The notes beneath the pieces are model-generated. The model did not search any database, had not been told where the DNA came from, and saw only the letters and a program-made list of their open reading frames with translations. The translations under genes and the position numbers were made by a program. A stretch of DNA of 56,452 nucleotides from Corynebacterium sp. (GTDB lineage: Bacteria; Actinomycetota; Actinomycetes; Mycobacteriales; Mycobacteriaceae), in NCBI RefSeq assembly GCF_012838985.1, contig NZ_DUOE01000050.1, forward strand, positions 1 to 56,452. The letters run 5' to 3'. Shown here in pieces: positions 1 through 8,280 of this stretch (its first letter is position 1; each line of letters starts with the position of its first letter).

Positions 1-230
1 ACCACCTCACCGCCTGGGCCCAGGGCGGCAACACCAACATCAGCAACCTGACCATGTTGTGCGGGGTGCACAACGCCCGCAACGACGATGACCCGGACAA
101 ACCCCCGAAACACGGGCGGATGGAACGGGCCCCGGGTGGGGTGGTCCATCACCCACCGGATGGTGGTCCGCCCCGGCGGAACATCCACCCGATACGGCGC
201 TTATCCGCCATGGCCCTGATCAACCGTTAG
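1..230 (+). CDS. 3' end of an HNH endonuclease signature protein (DUF222/HNH-like), 5'-truncated by the window
   Basis: Frame from nt 3 reads HLTAWAQGGNTNISNLTMLCGVHNARNDDDP...LINR* (TAG 228-230). H-x-x-x-W-x-x-GG-x-T-x-x-x-NL-x-x-LC-x-x-H is the HNH motif. Not in the ORF track. Confidence 0.8.
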   Translation, partial: HLTAWAQGGNTNISNLTMLCGVHNARNDDDPDKPPKHGRMERAPGGVVHHPPDGGPPRRNIHPIRRLSAMALINR

Positions 231-238
231 AAAAGCAG

Positions 239-273
239 CAGGCGCCAGACCCCGTCATGGGGTCGGGCGCCTG
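239..273. terminator. Hairpin between the convergent HNH and CsoR-family genes
   Basis: CAGGCGCCAGACCCC-gtcat-GGGGTCGGGCGCCTG; on the minus strand it is followed by CTGCTTTT. Confidence 0.6.
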
Positions 274-284
274 GCAGGGCTCTT

Positions 285-542
285 CTACGCCAGGGAGAGG
301 AACATCCGCTCGAGCTTCTTCTCGTCGAGCTCGGAGCCCTCCGAGGTGAAGCACTTCTTCATTCCTGTCGAGACGATGAGGTAGCCGGCCCGGTCGATGG
401 CCTTGGCCACGGCCGAGAGCTGCATGACTGCGTCCTCGCACTCCTGGCCCTCCTCGAGCATGCGGATGACAGCCTCGAGCTGTCCCTTCGCGCGCTTGAG
501 GCGGGTGACGGAGGGCTTGACCTCTTCCGGAGTGAGCTTCAT
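285..542 (-). CDS. CsoR/RcnR/CstR-family transcriptional repressor (85 aa)
   Basis: MKLTPEEVKPSVTRLKRAKGQLEAVIRMLEEGQEC...QLSAV...GMKKC; RLKRxxGQ motif; Cys35 and Cys64. Start taken at ATG 542, 10 nt after the upstream stop. Confidence 0.9.
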   Translation of the reverse strand: MKLTPEEVKPSVTRLKRAKGQLEAVIRMLEEGQECEDAVMQLSAVAKAIDRAGYLIVSTGMKKCFTSEGSELDEKKLERMFLSLA

Positions 543-552
543 GTTACCGATC

Positions 553-2166
553 CTAATTCCGTGACAGCTGGCCATGGGTCCATGTCACATATCCGCCATC
601 GAGGTTTGCCGCCTCGATGCCCAGGTTGCCCAGGAGACTGCAGGCCACGTGTCCGCGCAGGCCGACCTGGCAGTGCACGAGGACCTTCTTGTCCCTGAAT
701 GTATCTGCATTGTTCCGGAGGTCGTCAACCGAGACGTTGACGGCTCCCGGGATCTGGCCGCGCTGGAACTCGCCCGGGGTACGGACGTCGACCAGGGTCC
801 AGCCGTCGGCGAGTGCCTCGTCGAGTTCGTTCCACTGGAAGGTGCGCTCGCCCTGGACCATGTTGTCGTTGATGAAGCCGGCCATGTTGATCGGGTCCTT
901 GGCGGAGCCGAACTGCGGCGCGTAGGCCAGTTCGAGGTCGGCGAGGTCGGTGGCGGTGAGGCCGGCGCGCATGGCGGTGGCGAGGACGTCGATACGCTTG
1001 TCGACACCGTCGCCACCCACCGCCTGCGCACCCAGGATGAGGTCGGTGTCGGCGTCGACGATGACCTTGAGGTGGATGGTCTCCGCGCCCGGGTAGTAGC
1101 CGGCGTGGTTCGCCGGGTGCAGGTGGATGACGCGGATGTTCTTTCCGGCACCGCGGGCGCGGCGCTCGTTCCAGCCGACGGAGCCGGCGGCGAGGCCGAA
1201 CACGCCGACGATGGCGGTGCCGAGGGTCGGGGTGCGCTGCACGTCGCGGCCGGTGATGATGTCGGCGACCAGGCGGCCGTGACGGTTCGCGGTCTGGGCG
1301 AGGGGCACGAGGGTGTCCTCGCCGGAGACGTGGTCGGCCTTCTCGGCGGCGTCGCCGACGGCGAAGATGAGCGGGTCGGAGGTGCGCTGCTGGTCGTCGA
1401 CCTTGATGCCGCCTCGTTCGCCGACGGCGAGGCCTGCGGCGACCGCGAGTTCGTTCGCCGGGCGCACGCCGATGCTGGCGATGACGAGGTCGGCGGGGAC
1501 GACGCGGCCGTCGGCGAGCTCCAGGGAGTCGGCGCCGATGGTGGTGGTGTCACCGTCGGTGATGACGGTGATGCCGTTGTCGGTGAGCTGCTTCTCGACG
1601 ATCGCCGCCATCTCCTCATCCAGCGGGGTGAGGATCTGCGGGGCACGCTCGATGACGGTGACGTCGAGTCCGCGGTGACGCATGTTCTCCGCGACCTCGA
1701 GGCCGATGAAACCGCCGCCGATGATGGCGACCGACTTCACGTCGTCGGTGAGTGCCGCGATGATGGCGTCGACGTCCTCGATGGTGCGCAGGTGCAGGGC
1801 ACGCCCGATGCCGGGGATCGGCGGGACGATGGGGGTGGCACCCGGGGACAGCACCAGGTGGTCGTAGGTGATGGTGTCGCCGGTGTCCGTGGTGACGGTC
1901 TGCTTCCCGCGGTCGATGGCGGTGGCGCGGGTGTTGACCCGCACGTCCAGGTTGAACCGCGCTGCGAGGGACTCCGGGGTCTGCAGGAGCAGGGAGGAAC
2001 GCTCGGGGATGACGCCCGAGACGTGGTAGGGGAGTCCGCAGTTGGCGAAGGACACGTGGCCGGAGGCCTCGAGGACGATGATCTCCATGTCCTCGTCACG
2101 ACGACGCAGTCGGGCTGCGGTGGACATACCGCCGGCGACACCGCCGACAATCACAGTGGTGGTCAT
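553..2166 (-). CDS. CoA-disulfide/persulfide reductase with C-terminal rhodanese domain (CoADR-RHD)
   Basis: GGVAGG FAD motif, SFANCGLPY redox Cys, GGGFIGLE NAD motif, YAPQF, and a C-terminal DVR...HCQVGLRG rhodanese loop. Confidence 0.92.
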   Translation of the reverse strand: MTTTVIVGGVAGGMSTAARLRRRDEDMEIIVLEASGHVSFANCGLPYHVSGVIPERSSLLLQTPESLAARFNLDVRVNTRATAIDRGKQTVTTDTGDTITYDHLVLSPGATPIVPPIPGIGRALHLRTIEDVDAIIAALTDDVKSVAIIGGGFIGLEVAENMRHRGLDVTVIERAPQILTPLDEEMAAIVEKQLTDNGITVITDGDTTTIGADSLELADGRVVPADLVIASIGVRPANELAVAAGLAVGERGGIKVDDQQRTSDPLIFAVGDAAEKADHVSGEDTLVPLAQTANRHGRLVADIITGRDVQRTPTLGTAIVGVFGLAAGSVGWNERRARGAGKNIRVIHLHPANHAGYYPGAETIHLKVIVDADTDLILGAQAVGGDGVDKRIDVLATAMRAGLTATDLADLELAYAPQFGSAKDPINMAGFINDNMVQGERTFQWNELDEALADGWTLVDVRTPGEFQRGQIPGAVNVSVDDLRNNADTFRDKKVLVHCQVGLRGHVACSLLGNLGIEAANLDGGYVTWTHGQLSRN

Positions 2167-2172
2167 ATGAGG

Positions 2173-2190
2173 ATGCTACCCCCGGGGTGT
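2173..2190 (-). promoter_or_regulatory. Putative leaderless -10 (TAGCAT) overlapped by a CsoR-type G/C-tract operator
   Basis: Minus strand reads ACACCCCGGGGGTAGCAT-cctcat-ATG(2166). The -10 is 6 nt from the start codon and there is no SD. Confidence 0.55.
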
Positions 2191-2358
2191 CTAGCGGCCG
2201 AAGATGCCGGCGAAGATGCCCGGCTTCTTGTCGGCGGCGGACTCGGTGCAGGTGCACCACTGGTTGTCCGGCACGGAGGCCTTCACCTGGTCAATATGCT
2301 GGCCGCAGCCGCTCCAGGTGGTCTTGTTGCAGGACGGGCAGTTGACGGGACGGCACAT
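2191..2358 (-). CDS. Small cysteine-rich protein (55 aa), unknown function
   Basis: MCRPVNCPSCNKTTWSGCGQHIDQVKASVPDNQWCTCTESAADKKPGIFAGIFGR*; AGGAG SD 6 nt before the ATG; G/C-rich third codon positions; below the ORF-track size cutoff. Confidence 0.85.
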   Translation of the reverse strand: MCRPVNCPSCNKTTWSGCGQHIDQVKASVPDNQWCTCTESAADKKPGIFAGIFGR

Positions 2359-2406
2359 GGGTTACTCCTGTGGGGTTGTTGGGGGTCCGTGAATATTACG
2401 AGCCCC

Positions 2407-2437
2407 AATATACCCCCCAGGGTATCCACTTTGGCAA
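2407..2437 (-). promoter_or_regulatory. CsoR/CstR-type operator ATACCC-N4-GGGTAT overlapping a putative promoter
   Basis: ATACCCCCCAGGGTAT at 2410-2425. On the minus strand TTGCCA (2437-2432) and TATATT (2412-2407) flank or overlap it. Confidence 0.75.
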
Positions 2438-2465
2438 GTGTCCGTGCCACGAATCACATTTTCCG

Positions 2466-4172
2466 CTACTTCTCCAGCAGTCGCAGCAGGTCCTCCTGCA
2501 CCTCACGGCGACGGATCTTGCCCATCTGGTCACGGGCCAGTTCCTCGAAGTGGTAGAAGGTGCGCGGCACCTTGTAGCGGGTGAGACGCTGGCGGGCGAA
2601 GTCCTTGAGGCCGTCGGGGTCCATCGCGGCGCCGTCGCGGAGCGTCACACAGGCGACGACGTCCTCGGAGCCGTCCTCGCGCGGGCGACCCACGACTGCC
2701 AGATCGACGATGTCCGGGTGATCGCGCATCGCCTCCTCCACCTCGGCGGGGTAGACGTTGAAGCCGCCCGTGATGATGACCTCCTTGATGCGGGCCACCA
2801 GGCGGATGAAACCGTCCTCCTCCATGACACCGATGTCGCCGGTGCGGTACCAGCCGTCGTGGAAGCTGTTCTCCGTCGCCTCCGGCTGGTTGAGGTAGCC
2901 GGGGAACACTTGCGGGCCCTTGACCAGGATCTCGCCCTCGGTGCCGTCGGGCTGCGTCTCGTCGAGATTCTCCGGGTCGGCGATGCGCACCAGGGTGTCC
3001 GGGAAGGGGATGCCGACGTAGCCGGGGCGGCGGTCGTCGTTCATCGGGTTACCCACGATGACCGGGGACGTCTCCGTCAGGCCGTAGCCCTCCACGAGGC
3101 GGCCGCCGGTGAACTGCTCCCACTTCTCCACCGTCGACACCGGCAGGGTCGCCGCACCGCAGAAGGCGTTGCGCACGCCGGAGATGTTGACGTTGTCCTT
3201 CTCGGCGGCCTCGACGATCTTCTCGTAGAGGGTCGGCACGCCCGGCAGCCACGTGGGGGTGCGCTTCTTCATCACGTCCATGATGAGCGGGATACGCGGG
3301 GCCGGCAGCAGGATCATCTCGCCGCCGATGTAGACCGACAGGGTGCCCACCATGGTGAGTCCGTAGGCGTGGAACATCGGCAGGGCGGCGAGCATGCGCT
3401 CGTCCTGCTCGCCGAGGCCCGGCACCCAGTTCTTGCCCTGCAGCAGGTTGGCGAAGAGGTTGCCGTGGGTGAGCTGCGCGCCCTTGGGGGCGCCGGTGGT
3501 GCCCGAGGTGTAGAGGATGAGCGCGATGGAGTCCTTGGTCACGGTCGGCTCGGACTCGATGTCGTCGCCCTCGCCGCCGATGGCGGAGCCGATGAGCACC
3601 TCCCACGGGACGGTGTTTGGGGCGGGGGCGGACAGGGCGTCACGCTGCTCCTTGACCTTCTTGATCGGCAGCTTCAGGGCCAGCTGCTTGAAGGCGGGCA
3701 TGGCCTCGATCATGTTGACCGAGACGATGGTCTCCAGGGAGGTCGTGCCGCGCAGCTTCTCCAGGGTGGGGGCGGCCTTGTCCCAGGCGATGGCGACGCG
3801 GGCGCCGTGGTCGGCGAAGGGGCCCTCCAGCTCGTGGGCGGTGTAGAGCGGGTTGTGCTCCACGACGGTCGCCCCCAGCTTGAGCACCGCGTAGAAGGCG
3901 GCGATGTGCTGCGGGCAGTTCGGCAGGATGATCGCGACCTTGTCGCCCGGGCGGACACCGAAGGCGCGCAGTCCGGCGGCGGCGCGACGGACCTGGCGGT
4001 CGAGCTCGGCGTAGGTCTGCGACTTGCCGAAGAACCAGGTGGCCGGCTTCTCGGAGTTGATGGCCAGGTTGTTGTCGTACACGTCGAGCAGCGTCGTCTC
4101 GTCGTAGTCGAGAGAGTGGGGGGTCCACTCGGGGTAGTGCTTCAACCAGGCCTTGGTCTCGAATGCCGACAT
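2466..4172 (-). CDS. fadD: Long-chain-fatty-acid--CoA ligase
   Basis: YTSGTTGAPKG AMP-binding motif, EGYGLTETSP, TGD; 568 aa. Confidence 0.9.
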   Translation of the reverse strand: MSAFETKAWLKHYPEWTPHSLDYDETTLLDVYDNNLAINSEKPATWFFGKSQTYAELDRQVRRAAAGLRAFGVRPGDKVAIILPNCPQHIAAFYAVLKLGATVVEHNPLYTAHELEGPFADHGARVAIAWDKAAPTLEKLRGTTSLETIVSVNMIEAMPAFKQLALKLPIKKVKEQRDALSAPAPNTVPWEVLIGSAIGGEGDDIESEPTVTKDSIALILYTSGTTGAPKGAQLTHGNLFANLLQGKNWVPGLGEQDERMLAALPMFHAYGLTMVGTLSVYIGGEMILLPAPRIPLIMDVMKKRTPTWLPGVPTLYEKIVEAAEKDNVNISGVRNAFCGAATLPVSTVEKWEQFTGGRLVEGYGLTETSPVIVGNPMNDDRRPGYVGIPFPDTLVRIADPENLDETQPDGTEGEILVKGPQVFPGYLNQPEATENSFHDGWYRTGDIGVMEEDGFIRLVARIKEVIITGGFNVYPAEVEEAMRDHPDIVDLAVVGRPREDGSEDVVACVTLRDGAAMDPDGLKDFARQRLTRYKVPRTFYHFEELARDQMGKIRRREVQEDLLRLLEK

Positions 4173-4246
4173 GAGGGGTGCCTTCCGCTGCTGGGTTCCT
4201 GTGAGGTGGGGCCCAGTATACGGACGGCTGCACCTATCATTGGGGC

Positions 4247-5521
4247 ATGCGCGTCGCGATGATCTCCATGCACACCTCTCCGCTCGAGCAGCCGGGCTCG
4301 GGGGACGCCGGTGGCATGAACGTCTACGTCCTCAACACCGCCCGGGAACTGGCCCGACAGGGGGTGGAGGTGGACATCTTCACCCGCGCCACCCGCCCGA
4401 GTCAGGGGGAGGTGGTGGACGTCGAGAAGGGGCTGCGGGTGATCAACATCGTCGCCGGCCCCTACGACGGCCTCGAGAAGGAGGCGCTGCCCACGCAGCT
4501 GGCCGCCTTCGCCGGCGGCATCGTGCAGTTCCACCGCTGCCACGACGACGTGGACTACGACCTCATCCACTCCCACTACTGGCTGTCCGGCCAGGTCGGC
4601 TGGCTGCTCCGCGACCTGTGGGAGGTGCCCCTGGTCCACACCGCGCACACCCTCGCGGCGGTGAAGAACGCCCACCGGGGCGACGACGACTCCCCGGAGT
4701 CCGAGGCGCGGCGCATCTGTGAGCAGCAGCTCGTCGACAATGCGGAGGTGCTCGTGGTCAACACCCAGGAGGAGACCCTCGACCTCGTCGACCACTACGA
4801 CGCCGACCCCGACCGCATCGCCGTGGTCACGCCCGGCACCGACGTGGAGCTGTTCACCCCGGGCACGGACCGCAACACCGAGCGTGCGCGGCGTCTCCTC
4901 GGCATCCCGCTGGACGCCGAGCTGGTCGCGTTCGTGGGCCGCCTCCAGCAGTTCAAGGGTCCGCAGGTGCTCATCCGGGCGACCGCGGAGATGCTCCGCC
5001 GCAACCCCGAACGCAAGCTGCGCGTGATCATCTGCGGTGGTGCCTCGGGTGCCGCCACCACGGAGCGGCAGTACATGAATCTGGCCGCTGAACTGGGGGT
5101 TTCCCGGAGGGTCCGGTTCCTGGACCCGCGCCCGCCGGAGGAGCTGGTGGCCATCTACCAGGCCGCCGACATCGTCGCCGTGCCCAGCTACAACGAGTCC
5201 TTCGGCCTGGTCGCCATGGAGGCGCAGGCCTGCGGCACCCCGGTGGTCGCCGCCCGCGTCGGCGGTCTGCCGGTCGCCGTCTCCGAGGGGGAGACGGGAG
5301 TGCTTGTCGACGGCCACGACACCGGCGACTGGGCCGACGCCCTGGAGAACCTCCTCGACGACGACGACACCCGCCTCCGGATGGCGGCCGACGCCGTCCA
5401 CCACGCGGCGAACTTCTCCTGGTCGAACTCCGCCGCACAGCTGGCCTCGGTGTACTCCGAGGTGCTGAGCCTGGAGGTCGACAACTGTCCGGAGCGTCGG
5501 GAGCGGGCCGACGGGCTCTAA
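4247..5521 (+). CDS. mshA: D-inositol-3-phosphate glycosyltransferase (mycothiol biosynthesis)
   Basis: [56 protein letters not shown]; TATCAT 6 nt before the ATG (leaderless-like). Confidence 0.96.
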   Translation: MRVAMISMHTSPLEQPGSGDAGGMNVYVLNTARELARQGVEVDIFTRATRPSQGEVVDVEKGLRVINIVAGPYDGLEKEALPTQLAAFAGGIVQFHRCHDDVDYDLIHSHYWLSGQVGWLLRDLWEVPLVHTAHTLAAVKNAHRGDDDSPESEARRICEQQLVDNAEVLVVNTQEETLDLVDHYDADPDRIAVVTPGTDVELFTPGTDRNTERARRLLGIPLDAELVAFVGRLQQFKGPQVLIRATAEMLRRNPERKLRVIICGGASGAATTERQYMNLAAELGVSRRVRFLDPRPPEELVAIYQAADIVAVPSYNESFGLVAMEAQACGTPVVAARVGGLPVAVSEGETGVLVDGHDTGDWADALENLLDDDDTRLRMAADAVHHAANFSWSNSAAQLASVYSEVLSLEVDNCPERRERADGL

Positions 5522-5573
5522 ACGGGGGGTATTAATCCGCACGCTACCGGCGTAAACGTGGCATATTGGAATC

Positions 5574-6320
5574 ATGACCAACGGAAAGCTCATTCTTCTT
5601 CGCCACGGGCAGAGCCAGTGGAACAAATCGAACCAGTTCACCGGCTGGGTGGACGTTGACCTGACCGAGCAGGGCATCGCGGAGGCCGTCCGCGGCGGCG
5701 AGATGCTCAAGGAGGCCGGCCTCCTGCCGGACATCGTCTACACCTCCCTGCTGCGTCGTGCCATCCGCACCGCGAACATCGCGCTCAACGCCGCTGACCG
5801 TCACTGGATCCCGGTCGTCCGCGACTGGCGTCTCAACGAGCGCCACTACGGTGCGCTGCAGGGCCTGGACAAGGCCGCGACCAAGGACAAGTACGGTGAC
5901 GAGCAGTTCATGGCATGGCGTCGTTCCTACGACACCCCGCCGCCGGAGCTGGCCGACGACGCCGAGTACTCCCAGTCCGACGATGTGCGCTACGCCGCCC
6001 TGGAGAACGCACCGCGTACCGAGTGCCTCCTGGACGTCGTGAAGCGTTTCATCCCGTACTACCAGGAGGAGATCGAGCCGCGCGTCAAGCGTGGCGAGAC
6101 CGTCCTCGTCGCGGCGCACGGCAACTCCCTGCGCGCGCTGGTGAAGCACCTGGACAACATCTCGGACGAGGACATCGCGGCCCTCAACATCCCGACCGGC
6201 ATCCCGCTGGTCTACGAGCTGGATGCTGACGGCAAGGTCGTCAACCCGGGCGGCACCTACCTCGACCCCGAGGCGGCCGCCGCCGGTGCTGCCGCTGTCG
6301 CAGCGCAGGGTGGCAAGTAG
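5574..6320 (+). CDS. gpmA: 2,3-bisphosphoglycerate-dependent phosphoglycerate mutase
   Basis: [30 protein letters not shown]. Confidence 0.97.
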   Translation: MTNGKLILLRHGQSQWNKSNQFTGWVDVDLTEQGIAEAVRGGEMLKEAGLLPDIVYTSLLRRAIRTANIALNAADRHWIPVVRDWRLNERHYGALQGLDKAATKDKYGDEQFMAWRRSYDTPPPELADDAEYSQSDDVRYAALENAPRTECLLDVVKRFIPYYQEEIEPRVKRGETVLVAAHGNSLRALVKHLDNISDEDIAALNIPTGIPLVYELDADGKVVNPGGTYLDPEAAAAGAAAVAAQGGK

Positions 6321-6330
6321 CCTGTAGGGC

Positions 6331-7584
6331 GTGTCCGCCGTTCTCGCGTTCCTGTTGGGCGTCGCCGTCACCGGCGTCGCCCTTCCGGCGTTGAACTGGG
6401 CACGTAAGCGGATAGTCCGCCACCGGTCCTCGGCCACGCTCGAGGACAACCAGGTCACCACCGTCGGCCAGGTCCTGCACCTGGCCATCCAGGGATCCCC
6501 CACGGGAGTCACCGTCGTCGACCGCGGCGGTGAGGTGATCCTCTCCAACGCCCGTGCCCACGAGATGGCCCTCGTCCACGACCGCACCCTCAACGAGCAG
6601 GTGTGGCAGGTCGCGGAGGAGGTCTTCGGGGACAAGGAGACCCGCACGCTGGATCTCTCCATGCCTTACCGACGCACGGGCAACCGCGTCTCCTCCGTGC
6701 GCGCGCTGGTCAAGCCGCTGACGCTCGTCGACGACCGCTTCGTCATCATCTACGGCACCGACGAGAGCGAGAACGTGCGCATGGAGTCCGCCCGCCGTGA
6801 CTTCGTGGCGAACGTCTCGCACGAACTCAAGACCCCGGTCGGCGGCATGGCACTGCTGGCCGAGGCCCTCCTGGAGGAGGTCGACGACCCGGATCACGTC
6901 CTGTACTTCGGTCAGCGCCTGCACAAGGAGGCCCACCGTATGGCGGGCATGATCAACGAGCTCATCTCGCTGTCGAAGCTGCAGGGCGCGGAGCCGCTGC
7001 CGGAGATGGAGCCCGTCTCCGTGGACGACGTCATCGACGAGGCCTTCACCCGCAACCAGGTCGCCGCCGACAACGCGGACATCACCCTGACCAAGGGCGC
7101 CGACTCCGGGGTCTTCGTCATGGGTGACAAGTCCCTGCTGGTCACGGCGGTGTCCAACCTCATCTCCAACGCGATCAACTATTCGCCGCAGTCGGTGCCG
7201 GTGTCGGTGTCCCAGAAGGTGGCGAACGCCGACGTCGTGCTCATCCGCGTCACCGACCGGGGCATCGGAATCTCCCCCGAGGACCAGAAGCGTGTGTTCG
7301 AGCGTTTCTTCCGCGTGGACAAGGCGCGTTCCCGTTCGACGGGTGGTACGGGCCTGGGGTTGGCGATCGTCAAACACGTGGTGGCCAACCACGGCGGTAA
7401 CATCAAGGTGTGGTCCCGTCCTGGTACGGGATCCACGTTCACCATCGAACTCCCGATTCATCATCCCGACCCTGCGCCGCCCGTGTTGACGGCGACGGGG
7501 CAGGATGATGAGGCACCATCCACCGGAGCACTGCGTCAGGCGGTGTCCCGGGTGGCGACACGTCGAAAGGACAAAGCATCATGA
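6331..7584 (+). CDS. senX3: Sensor histidine kinase, SenX3/CgtS4 type
   Basis: DFVANVSHELKTP H-box, N-box NLISNAINY, GTGLGLAI G-box; lies between gpmA and a RegX3-like regulator. Confidence 0.9.
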   Translation: MSAVLAFLLGVAVTGVALPALNWARKRIVRHRSSATLEDNQVTTVGQVLHLAIQGSPTGVTVVDRGGEVILSNARAHEMALVHDRTLNEQVWQVAEEVFGDKETRTLDLSMPYRRTGNRVSSVRALVKPLTLVDDRFVIIYGTDESENVRMESARRDFVANVSHELKTPVGGMALLAEALLEEVDDPDHVLYFGQRLHKEAHRMAGMINELISLSKLQGAEPLPEMEPVSVDDVIDEAFTRNQVAADNADITLTKGADSGVFVMGDKSLLVTAVSNLISNAINYSPQSVPVSVSQKVANADVVLIRVTDRGIGISPEDQKRVFERFFRVDKARSRSTGGTGLGLAIVKHVVANHGGNIKVWSRPGTGSTFTIELPIHHPDPAPPVLTATGQDDEAPSTGALRQAVSRVATRRKDKAS

Positions 7585-8276
7585 CGACGACCATCCTCAT
7601 CGTCGAGGACGAAGAGTCTCTCGCCGATCCGCTGGCGTTCCTCCTGCGCAAGGAGGGCTTCGAGGTGATCATCGCCGGCGACGGTCCGACGGCGCTGGTG
7701 GAGTTCGAGAAGAACGACATCGACATCGTGCTGCTCGACCTCATGCTGCCCGGCATGTCCGGCACCGACGTGTGCAAGCAGCTGCGGACGACCTCCTCCG
7801 TCCCGGTCATCATGGTCACGGCGCGTGACTCCGAGATCGACAAGGTCGTCGGCCTCGAGCTGGGCGCGGACGACTACGTGACCAAGCCGTACTCCTCCCG
7901 TGAGCTCATCGCCCGCATCCGCGCGGTGCTGCGCCGGGGCGCGGACAACGAGAGCGCCGCCGACGACGTGGACGAGCAGGTCCTCGAGGGCGGCCGCGTC
8001 CGCATGGACGTCGAGCGTCACACGGTCACCGTCGCCGGCGAGCCCGTGCCGATGCCGCTCAAGGAGTTCGACCTCCTGGAGTACCTCCTGCGCAACTCCG
8101 GCCGTGTGCTCACCCGCGGTCAGCTCATCGACCGGATCTGGGGCGCCGACTACGTGGGCGACACCAAGACCCTCGACGTGCACGTGAAGCGCCTGCGCTC
8201 CAAGATCGAGGAGGAGCCCTCCCGACCGAAGCACCTGGTCACCGTCCGCGGCCTGGGCTACAAGTTCGAGGCCTGA
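7581..8276 (+). CDS. regX3: OmpR-family response regulator, RegX3/CgtR4 type
   Basis: Receiver LLDLMLPG, GADDYVTKPYS; winged helix WGADYVGDTKTLDVHVKRLR; ATGA overlap with the kinase. Confidence 0.92.
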   Translation: MTTTILIVEDEESLADPLAFLLRKEGFEVIIAGDGPTALVEFEKNDIDIVLLDLMLPGMSGTDVCKQLRTTSSVPVIMVTARDSEIDKVVGLELGADDYVTKPYSSRELIARIRAVLRRGADNESAADDVDEQVLEGGRVRMDVERHTVTVAGEPVPMPLKEFDLLEYLLRNSGRVLTRGQLIDRIWGADYVGDTKTLDVHVKRLRSKIEEEPSRPKHLVTVRGLGYKFEA

Positions 8277-8280
8277 CCGG

